This document shows, piece after piece, positions 15,001 through 27,139 of a DNA stretch of 64,000 nt. The stretch comes from Adineta vaga. Its lineage: Eukaryota; Animalia; Rotifera. The stretch spans positions 6,200,001 through 6,264,000 of the forward strand of contig CP075495.1 of assembly GCA_021613535.1 (NCBI GenBank), in the 5' to 3' direction. How positions within the stretch are numbered: the stretch's first letter is position 1; the number at the start of each line of letters is the position of its first letter. The position numbers were made by a program, and so were the translations under genes. The notes beneath the pieces were generated by a model. It was not told where the DNA came from. It searched no databases and saw only the letters and a program-made list of their open reading frames with translations.

Positions 15001-18000
15001 TCGAATACCATAGAAGAAACAGAAGCAAAAGATGATGACGATGGCGAATTTCAAATTATAAAAAGTCGTAAACATACACCTTCATCAATCACGCATCCAA
15101 AGACACCATCACCATCTACCACGCCTAAGAATAAATCGACTGTTAGTTCAGATAATGAACAAAAATCGGCAGTTCTTCAGGATCGTGTTGATGTATCAAC
15201 AACTGCTTCATCAAATATTCCAGAAACTACGACTACTACTACAAGCAGCAAAAAGAAACATAAAAAACAGAAGAAAGACAAAAAAGACACAGCCGTACTC
15301 GATACATCCGTTCCCTCAACACCTGATGCTGATGAACAAAAATTAGAATTGGCACCATCTCCATTGCAAGTAGAACGTACTGAATCAGTCGAACCCAAAC
15401 ACAAATCGTCATCTGTTACAACTGATTCATTACAAATCGAACAACAACAAAAAACGGTTGATTCCTCCAAACAAAAATCATTCGATGAAAGAAGTGAAGA
15501 ACAACAAGCGGAACCGATATCATCATCGATCAATTTCGAATTGGAAGAACTTAAACTTTTAGATGATGAAAAGAATGATTCGACATCTTCAGATGCTTCA
15601 CAATGGTCCACTAGTTCATTTATCATGATTTCCGATGATCAAGCAATTGATAGTCAAACATCAGAAAAATGTGCAGGCATCGAAATAATAACAACAATTT
15701 CTTCACCAACTCATGAATCAATTAAATCAGAAGTAACAGCTGGTAGTTCACCATCGACAAAAAAGAAGAAGATTAAACAAAAGCAAGAATCTTCACAAAA
15801 AGAAATATCTCAACAATCAAAAAGTCCACTAACACCGGTCATTCTCGAAGCACCAAAAGTAGAATCTAAACCACCTCTACCAACAGCATCTAAAACGGCA
15901 CCAATTGTTCGAACGAAAATCATTGCTTCATCGAAAGAAGAGGAAGAAATAGATGACGATGAAGGATTTCAAGTTGTTAGTTATCGTAAACGTGTAGCAT
16001 CAGTCACTGGTCCTGAAAAAGCTCCATCCTCTTCATCAGCATCAACACCAGCAACGCCACCATCGAAACATCGTTTCACCTCTGCTACCGATCTCCGATC
16101 AGGTGTTATTCCAAATCGTCAGAGTTCGTCGATACCTATTCTTACACCAATAATACCAAAACAGAAGAAAGACAAGGAAGAGACATTATCATCGACCGAT
16201 GCCGATATTATTTCTTCTTCAAGCATCGATACTCATCGTTCTACACAGAGGGATCAACAGAAAAAGATTGATGCTCTTGTACAGCCAAAATCGTTATTTT
16301 CTACATTATTGACATCAAGTAGTAGTCCTTCCACAAGTACAGAAGAAAAATTTAATCAACAACAACAACAACAAGCAAAAGATCAAGAAACTATTTCACA
16401 AACTCAAACTCTACCGTTATCAATATCGACGGCTGAAACATCAAAAGTTCAACCAAAAACAGTTTCACCATCTCACACAAAATCGACAGTCAAAACAACA
16501 TTACGTGCCAAAGCATCAACATCACCAGAAGAAGATGATGACGAGGATGATGAAGGATTTCAAGTCGTTCGTCATCGTAAACGTATATTATCAACGCCAC
16601 GATCAGATAAAACATTACCACCCGCGCCAACAACATCATCATACAGACAAAATCTTGGTCGGAATATTGATCTCAAACCAGTGGTTATTCGCGGACGTCA
16701 TGGATCCGGTTCTGGCTCTGGTTCTCGTTCCATACCACGATCAAATGCTAGTGGACACATTTCTTCTAATAAACGTCTACAAAATAGACCTAAACGAGAT
16801 CGACCACAGATGTTACCTCTGAGTAATTCAGCTTCATCAGTTCTCAATGAAAAACAAACTGTACCTTTATCTATATACATGCCAGACAAACAGAACAATC
16901 GGCAGTATTACCATCTAATGAAAAGTACCAAAGATTAATTGATATTCCTGTACAATCATCAGTAACAGAACAAACATGGAAACCAGTCGAACAAATACCA
17001 TGGACAACTGCCGAAATACAACAACCATCGAAAACTAATTTTTCCGACATTATTCCTCTTTCCATGCAATCGACACTCATGGATCAAAATCAATCTGATC
17101 AAAAATTGAATGCAAATACTCTTCAATCAGGTGCAATTAGTTCGTCTTCTGTCGAAAAGTCAAGTAAACAAAAAGTTACTGAACGGCAGGTATCAACCAA
17201 AACTGAAGTTCAAGCCTCGCCAGCAAAAGAAACAATATCATCATCATCTACTAAAATATCTACGACTGAAACTCAAAAGTCAACTATAGTTGACGAGAGT
17301 AACGAGGATGATGATGGTTTTCGAGTAGTACGCTATCGTAAACATGCATCTTCAGCAGTAACAACACCGACTTTTCCAAAACAGTTAACTTTTGATTCTG
17401 ACCCAGATAAAAGACCATCCAAAATGTCTAGAAAGCAACATTCACTACCATCGACACCTGCTTCCACGCCAACTTCTATACAGACCATGATTTTCAAAAG
17501 AACCCCACCAAAACCAAAGAGAAATAATGGTCTCTGATGCTCCGAGCGTTCGTCAACCGAATAGCATTCTTTCATCATCTGCTATCGATACTGATTTGAA
17601 GCCATTAATGAATGAAACGTATAAACGTCCAAAACCTGTTGAACGTGCATCTTCTTCACATTCGGAACAACCAATATCAACCAACATCATCGTTACACAA
17701 GAAGCAGTTACTGAAGAGAAAAATGAGTCTGTACAAAAATCACTAGATGATAGTGATAATAAAATACAATCAACAACATCACCAATAGTCACAAGTACAG
17801 ATACAAGCGATGAACACATGAAAAAGTATAAGAAAAAACATAAACGTCCAAAACGCGAAGCTACTGGATCAGAGTTATCTACACCCTCCGAAGAAACATC
17901 GCGACCAATTGATACTATTTCACCATCAGCAACTCTACCAGTAGTTAGTCAATCTGAAGTATCTGCTATTGCTATTCCATCCATGAAACCAGAACAAATC

Positions 18001-20998
18001 AACGAAAAATCGGATCATATCATTTCAAACGAAGAGCCTCTTCCATTAACATCCATTGATTCCAATACAAATATAGAAGATGGCCAAGATAAAACTTTAC
18101 CAACTAAAAGATCGATTAAAAGACGTAAGAAAAAAATACATACTACTGATAAGCAAGATCTAGAGGAAAGTCTCTACATGGTACATCTACTAATACAACA
18201 GATAAAGAAAGTAGTAGTACAGAAGCAACAACACCTGACAAGCATAGTTCATTTGAATTGTCTACTGTTGATCTTGTGAAACCAAATGAGGATAAGCAAG
18301 AATCAGAATGGATAACTGTTTCAAGTTTGAAGAAAACAACAACATCAGATATAGTGTCAGAGATTAGTAATGATGTTCCATCTAAAGTAGAAAAAGATGA
18401 TGAAGTTAAAAAAACAAGTTCATCAACTGTAGAACATGTGCCAACTGAATTGGAAATAATACAACCCATATCTGAACTACAACAACAGACGCTTATATCA
18501 TCTACGGAACAAAATACTATACAACAATCGACTACGGATGAAGAACTTGGTATCGAACAAACGGCCACTTCACCTTCTAAAAATGATACTGAAACTGAAA
18601 CGGAACTATCAAAAAAATTAAAAGAAAGTAGTGGAACGAGTAGTGAGACTTATTTAGATGCTTATCGTGATCAAACTGGTCGTCTTCGTCGAAAGAAACC
18701 ACGTAAACATACTCGAAGTTCAAGTAAACATGAAGATATTTCATCTAGTTTTGAACTACAAACATCGGAAGAACATACACTGGATCAAAAAAGTATCAGT
18801 GAACATTGGGCTGATGTATTAGCAACTCCCATATCTTCGATTGATGATGAACAAAAACTTACATATGAATTATTTGAACAAGATCAAATCAATGATGATG
18901 AAGATTCGAGTAAAACAAGTAGTAAATTAGATTCGTTCCTACCTGAATATATTCGTCAACAAATACGATCAAGCTCATCACCTCGATCATCATCCTTCAC
19001 CGATCATCGTTCGAAATCATCTTCTGTTGAACCGTCAACAACTACTATTCATTCAAGTACAACTCCGATCTTACCACCAACATCCTCGAATCAATCAACA
19101 AGTGCTGATACATCTGAAAATGAAGGTCAAAAACAGATACAAAGATCTTTTGATGAAAAATCGTATTCATTCGAAGATTCACAATTAATGTCATCCAGCA
19201 ATATGATAGAAAGTAATCCATCAATAACTTCATCATCTTCATCACCATCTGATTCAATTCGAAAGAAAAAACAACGACCAAAAATGTTAAAAAAAGATGT
19301 CGAAGCAAAAACATTATTAACACATGAATTTGATGATACACCATTTACTATTACAGAAGTTCAACAAAACATACCGGTGATCCAATCAGAAGATGATGAA
19401 AATAAAGATCAATCATTTTTATCTTCGATACGTGGTGAATTTGATTCTGCTGTTTCGACAATTTCAAATACGTTTAGTGCTGCTATATCTTCTGCGATAG
19501 ACACGACTACTGAAGAGCAAGAAATTCTTCATAGTGATGAGTCAATACCATCAAATCAAGATTCCACGAATATTCCTTCGAAATCACCTTCAGAAACAAC
19601 AACGATAACAAAAAAATCATCAACACGTTCACCACGAAAACGCTCAAAACGAGATAGTGGTCCCGATTATGAAGGTATAATAATTCAATCCTCTATTGAT
19701 TCAGATCATTCAGTTTCAAGTACGAAACATACTCCAACATCTAGTGAAAGAGATCCATCAGATTCTACTAGAACAGATAGTCAAAAACAACAACTACGTC
19801 AACGAACATCATCTGGTCGACAAATAGCGAACACTGAAGATGAGAATGAACAACAGGCTATGCTAGCTGATGACGAAGAAGATAAGAAATCGTTTGATAG
19901 ATCTCCAAGATCATCAACTAGAATATCAACAATACCAGATTCATCTATTCCTGCTACACCAGAAGCATTAGTATATCAGAAAACAAGAGTGAATCTGAAC
20001 CTGTACATTCTCCTATTCATACACAATCGGATGACAATAGTACAGAAAATGTAACATTAGATGAACAGCCAACAACGACAACGAGTGAACAATTACGTGT
20101 TGTACAAGGTTTTCATTCTTTTACACCAAATAAATATCAATACAATCAATATGAAGAAGGATTAACCATCCAGAATGAACAATTAAAATCGACAACAACA
20201 GAAACTGAAAGTGAAGATAAGATTCTTTCACATGGCTTTAGTCGTTGGTTAAAACAAGGTAATGAGATCAAAGAAATTCCAACATCGAAAACCAAAGATT
20301 CATCAAACATAGTTAGTGGTTTAACACGTGCAATGCAAAGTCTTATCATTCAACCGGTTGAAAGTGATCTTGATGATGATGATGACGAAGAAGAAGATTC
20401 ATGGAATGGACCACGAGCAAGAAAACCAACATATACAACTGGTATTCGAGCTGAAAAACGAATTCATGCAACAAGCGCCTATAATATCAATCATCCACGT
20501 TCAACAACATTAGCACCATCATGGCTAATTTCTCCATCGAATGATAATACACATCGAGATGATCGATCAAAATTTGATCCCAATGATGAAGATGATTCAT
20601 TCGATGATACATCTGAAAAACAAGACAAATCAAAAATTGTTGACACACAATTATCAACTAGAGATGAACGACAAACACATATTGATAATTTAGCTGATTT
20701 AACATTTCAACCAATAATAAACAATGTATCGTCTTCATCATCATCTTCATTATCATCAGCTGTTAAATGGAATGAAACACCAATACGTTCCGATGATAGT
20801 AATCAACTACAAACGAATTTTACTGAAGACGATGTACAACGTTGTTTAGGAGAAGATTTTTATCGAGAATCATTAGCTGTCGATACACTTCACAATGAAC
20901 GACGAAGAATCAATAGATTAGAAGATCTTGTTGTTAAACCAGCACAATTATTAGAAGATATCGATGACGACGAAAACAATAATGAAAATGATAATAAC

Positions 20999-21051
<53 letters not shown>

Positions 21052-21550
21052 TAGTCGTCCAATTAATTTCGATGAATGGGCACATTTTCTCGAACGTCAA
21101 ACTAGTCCAAATATGTTTTTATCATCTGTACCATCTTCATCAATAGCTATGCAAGATCTTTCATTAACACAAGAAAGTTCATATGTTCGTGTATTAGATG
21201 AAGACACACTTGTATCAGATAAAGATCAAGCAAATTTGATAGAACATGTACAATATTCATTTGAAAATGACCAGCAACGTTATGGAGATTTTTCACCATT
21301 AGATGATGTTTCTAGTGGACCACAACCAACTATTGATCATACATTATCATCAACAGTCGAACAACAAAATTCACCAAGGCAAAAACCTTCGGAAACATTT
21401 CAACGATGGCGTAATCAAGTAAGTCAACAACCTGAAGTACTCAATTCAAATTCAACAAATCTAACTTCAACGGATGCTACCAATGACGATGAAATATTTA
21501 TTTCTCACTCAGACGCTGGTTTGAGTCGACGAGTGAGACCTTCAACATAA
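24..21550 (+). CDS. Giant Ser/Thr/Glu/Pro-rich, largely disordered repeat protein, 5'-partial; inferred exons 24-469, 528-874, 962-1978, 2030-6815, 6878-14297, 14351-21550
   Basis: Consecutive + strand ORFs of identical composition join in frame across GT-AG introns 470-527, 875-961, 1979-2029, 6816-6877 and 14298-14350. Six frame breaks without introns (about 6175, 14800, 16875, 17520, 18172, 19974) must be bridged. Ends ...LSRRVRPST-TAA at 21550. No globular domain recognised. Confidence 0.8.
3387..5392 (+). repeat. Near-identical intragenic duplication of about 563 bp (3387-3949 and 4830-5392, offset 1443 nt = 481 codons)
   Basis: Both copies begin gaagctgaaaacctatcaagagaggcattaacagatgctg and end gaacatcaagatgaaacacc; the translations are almost identical (EAENLSREALTDAVREIISSSSPTYPPSAESETETK...EHQDETP). 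Confidence 0.92.
20993..21052 (+). repeat. (AAT)n microsatellite encoding a 20-residue poly-Asn tract
   Basis: aat/aac codon run in frame with ORF 20333-21550. Confidence 0.95.
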
Positions 21551-24500
21551 TAATAGATTAACTGATCTCTCTCTTTTTTTTTACACATTGGTTTTTCTCC
21601 CTGCACTCCTTTTCTTTTAACTTTATCCAGAATTTGCTTATTCTTTATACTTGCGTTAACTGTTTTTTTTACTCTCTTTCTTTCTCATATCGCTCTTGAA
21701 TCTAGTCGATCAACATATTGATTCTCCATTGAACAGACATTTTCATGCATAAAAAAAACAAAAACTTCTTCTTACACTATCATATTGCTTGTGGCAAATT
21801 CAAACTACAAACGGATACATTTGATCTACACATTCCGGTTTCTTCTCACGTGTCAATGCATTTTTATCTCAAAATTACTGAAGAACACTTCGTCGTATTC
21901 TTCATTTATTTGCTGTATTAATAGCAAATTTTACTCTTTCTTGTTTCATTATCATTAATCTAACTGTTTTCTATTATTGAAATCGGTGACACAATACTTA
22001 TATTTATTTTTTTACATATTTTCAAAAGCAATGCGAAGATTGATATATTATTCTTCGTTTCAACTCAATCAAGATCATCTACTCCATTAGACAAATATAC
22101 AAAAACAAGAAAGTTTTCTTTTTTCTATATTTGTTCTAAATTATCATTGTTTTGTTGGCGAAAAGATTATTCTTATTTTTATGTTTTCTTAAATTAACAA
22201 TTTTATCGTCACAATTTATTAATGACACGTTTCACAAAGAAGTAGAAGAAGAAGAAGTTCAAATACTTATCTGATATTAAAAAGAACAATTTCACTTTAG
22301 ATATTCTTTGCCTCTTGTAATTCTTTCTCCATTGTTTTTGTTTTTTTTCTCTTCATTTGCGTGTATTACATGTGAAATATTATTTGTGTGCTCTGCATCT
22401 ATCAGTTTGTTTTGATTCGTTGTCTGTTATTCACTTATTCATCACACACAGTGTCACAAATACCTTTGTTCTGTTTAATAATTTGGTGTGTACTATTTGT
22501 TCATGTTTTTTTTCTTACAGATTCACTTTTAGTTGAATTGATTAGATTAAGAGAGAAAGAGAAAGTGAATAATATAATAAAAATTTGAAACACTTACAAA
22601 ATATAATAGAATTCTTCTTATTCTTTCTTTTTTTTATCTATACTGATTCAGTACATTCATTCATACTTAGACATAGTGGATCAATTTTCATCCTCGACAT
22701 CTCTGTTTATCATCGACGAGCAATTACCGGATTCAGATGGATCGAATATCTCTTTTTAATCCTCTTTTTTTCTTCTTCGTCTTCTTCTTCAATACATTAC
22801 ATGAATGTTATCCTAGAGTTGTATACTCATAGCACATCTTTATTCGTGATAACGCACGGTAGACGAATATTTGATGGTTATTCAAGGTTTTGAAATGAAA
22901 GAATTTGCTCTTTACTTTTTTTTCTTCTTCTCCTCCATGAAATTATATGCAAATTGAATGTTGTGTGTTAGAAAAAAGACAAATCGAACGAATAACATAT
23001 ACGCATACACTTGTTACTTTTGATAAATCACACATCGTACATGAAAGGTGAATAAAGTTAATCAATTTACATCTAAGAAGTTAATCACATCTACTCAACG
23101 AATAGATATTACATAAACAAATATTTATTATCATCAAAAAGGTAATTCAACTAAACTTTTTTTTTAAATGTTTTATTTATGATTGATAGACAAGGAAAAA
23201 AGTCATCAAATTTGTCTATCAAATACTTGTTGATGTACTTGAGCATATTTTTATTAGTAATATCAATAATGCCCAGTTTTTCTTCAATTATCTTTGTCTT
23301 CTTCGATGAGACATCTGGCTCTTTGTCATGATGATGATGATGTATACTACATTTATATATGTCAACAACATCAACTTTGATTTAGCGAGGTCGAAATGTC
23401 TGTAGCTTTTATTTAGAATGATAATAATGATGATGACGATGATAACAACAAGCTAGTAGAGTAATCGACGTATTCTACATGTATAATAGATGATTGCTAT
23501 ATGGATAAGCATAAGTATTATTACTGACGAGCGATATCTATGTTGAAAGCTTCATTGCTGCTCTCGACATAGTTTCGTTCCTCTTTTGTACTATTACAAC
23601 ATCGAAGAAAACAATAACTAGATTGAAAGGAAGAAAGAATAGGCATGTGTGCGATAGAACCATTTCTTTTCTTGTATAAAGACATTTTTTTTTCACTCGA
23701 ATAAAGAAAGCAAGGCATAAGGTAGAAGAGATTTGATCATGCTCTTTCACACATCATTCGTTTGAATGATTTGTCTTTTAGTTACTTTTTCTCTCTCTCT
23801 CTCTTTTAATATAACACTGAGTGATATACTAGGAGAAATCATATATGTCAAATTAAATTAAAATTTCGATTTTATTCGACAATTATTATTGCTTATATAT
23901 ATATATATATATCTATAGAGAATAGAAACGACGACAACGACAAGAGAAATATATTCAAAGTGTAACATTCAAATTGGCACTAGACTGTTGAATATCAAGG
24001 TAAGCACATGTACATATTTCAATTACTACTACTGCGTTTACATCGATTTCACATGTGGTTTCAGTATCGGGACGAAGAGAAAAAAAACGAAAGAACATGC
24101 ATGCAAATAATGAATTGGAAGAGAACGAACTATTTTTAACAGAGAATAGATTTGATGGATTACATCAGCTCGATAGTATTGAAATGAAGGTTTCTCACGC
24201 CCACGGAATGTACTTATCACATGTTCAATATTTCTCTTTTTTCCTTGTCAAGTATATTTTCTAAAATTGCAATATGAAGATAATCGAAATCTTGTAGAAT
24301 GATTATACTGCAAAAAGAATCGAGTTTTGCTTTTTTTTCCTCTGATTGATATTGCATCATTGATTATTGAGAATGGAATTGTTACTTGATGTACTATTGA
24401 TCCTGTCGAGTATCCTACTGAGTCAAATAGACCAATTAGGATTTCTATTACGTACGATGCAGTTTGATAACAGATAGAAGTAGTCGAATAGTAAGAAAAT

Positions 24501-26049
24501 ATGTACAGACAGTAGTTTGTCTGTTTAATTGAGCTCTTTTTTTTCGTTAACTTTATCATTGTTATTTGCCGATCTATATAAATAATGATTCTTCTTCTTT
24601 TCTTCGAAGTCGATAAACGAAAAAGAATGACAATCTTCTGTAATAATACTCCCGTCATCTTTTTCGTCGTCATTTTTCCTTCCTTTTCGTTGTCGTCATC
24701 TTTCATTTCTTGCATACATATATATATATATACATACAGACACATGCGCACCTCTACTTAAATGTAACAGAATGAAAAGAGCCTCTTATATGGTTTTAAG
24801 TTCATAAAACGAGCAAAGAAAGATATGAGGTGATCGATTTCGCTTCATTACCTATCGTCTTTTCTCATCTTGTATTTTTAAATTCGTTCCTGTGTGTATC
24901 TGTGAATATTTAAATATTTGTTGGAATATGGTGATATCTAATGACACAGTGATACATTCAATACATCCATCAAAAATCTGCTATATTCTACGAGAAGAAA
25001 CAACATATACATATGATAGAGAAGACAATAGCAAAGATGATGATGATTCATCACTAAGAACAGGTAAGTTTTATAGGAAATGATAAAAAACAAAGTAGAA
25101 TTTTTTATCGCTATTTTCTCTCTCTATTCAATTTAAGAAAAAAAAAGAAAATTAATATCAAGGTTTAAACTTCGTAGTTTAATCCTTTTCAATAGACATA
25201 GTTATTTGAGACTAGAAATGATTGCGTCTATATGTCTAAACAATTATTGTTAGCATAGAACGACAAGTGTTTCGTGAGTTAAGTGAACATTTTAATGTTG
25301 ACTGTCTTGTCTTTCTTACATTCTATACTAGTCTAATCCTTACCTCTCTTTCCAAGTAATCCTCTCTTTCGAAAATAGTCATATGAACATCATCATCATC
25401 ATCGTTGTCTTCGTCTCTCGAATGAAGAGTGAAAACGAGAGATAGAGAGAATATGCTACTAGATGAACAACATTCATGATATCAACGAATATGATTGGAA
25501 TCGATCACCTTGTTGTCATATACACGTATTGTATATGTTATAGAAGTGTTTGTAGTCTCTACTTTTGCCCTGTCCCTCTTTCTCTCTTATATTTTTATCG
25601 CTACTGCTGTTGTTGTTATTGTGGAAGCAGTAATGACTGCAAGACGATGTTGCTTCATCTTCCCGTTCTATATACATCTTAGGTTCGGTCCAGATACGTG
25701 TATAGTGGAAGAAAGAAAGTAAGGGAGAGCGAGAAAGAACAAAAGAAAAAGAAGGCAAGAAACGGAATTGTACAATGACTGGAATAAATCTCTTCTGTTT
25801 TCTTCCCTATGTGAATAGACATATATATTGGTCTTCCGCATCTTTGCGTCTTTCTTTTGTAGTGTAACTAAAGATAAATGTTTATTTTGTACGTCAAAGC
25901 TCAGTAAGAAAAGAAGAGCAAAGGTTTATCTTAGTCATATAGTAGAATATTACTTCTGAAGCACATATTACAATGATTCGATAGTCTATTAATGACTAAA
26001 ATCTATACTTTAATCATTTTTTTCTATATCTATTGATTCTCTAGAAATA

Positions 26050-27103
26050 ATGATGGGTAAGAAGAAAAGTTCATGTCTTTATATAAATAAATATCGAATT
26101 TTTTATTCTTTCTAGACTCGCCGGAGATTATGAATATCAATCAATCATTAATTTCTTCTTTATCTCGACCAACCAATGAACCTTTACATGAACAACATAT
26201 TCGAAATGAAGAATCACATTTTGAACGAAATGTACCTGAAACGTATCATCAATCATCCTACGAATATCTTCCATCAACTTCTACAACTGCACCAATTGGA
26301 GAAGGAATAAATAATATTAATCATCAAATTCAAACTTCAACGAATCTATCTTCTCCCTTACAGAAATATTCGAATAAATATATCACATCATCTTCATCAC
26401 ATAGTCCCACATCTTATCGATATTCATCAGGACCAATTATCGATGAATCAATCATTAATTCTTATTCAATAAATCGTACAACACAACCTCAATTATCAAC
26501 AAATTCACTTTCAGCTTATGTTCCTCAACAGAATAATAATAATAATAATAATATGAATCGTCATTCATTACTTCCAGCAACATCCGATGATTCTGGAAAT
26601 GAATCATCTGTAAATTATCAACAACAATTAACGACTAACACCCATTTTGTTGTTGTTGCGATTGATTTTGGTACTACATTTAGTGGTTATGCATTTGCAT
26701 TTACACGAGATATTGATTCAATTTTAATGATGCGTAAAGTCGACGGCAATGATCCCGGTTTGTTTCTTCTCTTGTTATTTTTCTTTTCTGTGAAGATTTA
26801 TCTTTTGTTGATATTTTTTTGTTAATAGGTGTAATCAATCAAAAGACGCCAACGACAATACTTTTAACGCCAAATTTAGAATTTCATTCATTTGGATTTT
26901 TTGCTCGTGATTTCTTTCATGATCTCGATCCAGATGAAGCAAAACGTTGGTTATATTTTGAAAAATTTAAAATGCATCTTCATTATACTCAAGTGAGAAA
27001 AATATCTTTTTGTATTCTATCACATAGAATTCTTCAAAAAAAAGCAAGATATTTATTCTCTAATAGACGAGAGGTTAGAAACATTATGCAAGAAAATAGC
27101 AAC

Positions 27104-27139
<36 letters not shown>

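Noticed and set aside
6165-19980. Programmed ribosomal frameshifting as the main explanation of the split giant ORF
   Set aside because: Mixed +1/-1 directions, no common slippery motif, all sites fixed by extending A/T runs, and the same lesion occurs in GGT. Kept only as a low-probability alternative.
1-21550. Treating the individual ORFs (1386, 2485, 708, 598, 405 aa etc.) as separate genes
   Set aside because: They join in frame through GT-AG introns or single indels, share motif families, and many ORF starts are non-ATG or intronic.
25476-25758. Cys-rich or hydrophobic small ORFs upstream of HSPA12
   Set aside because: They arise from tgt/gtt-rich low-complexity sequence, with no recognisable domain and no in-frame splice to HSPA12.
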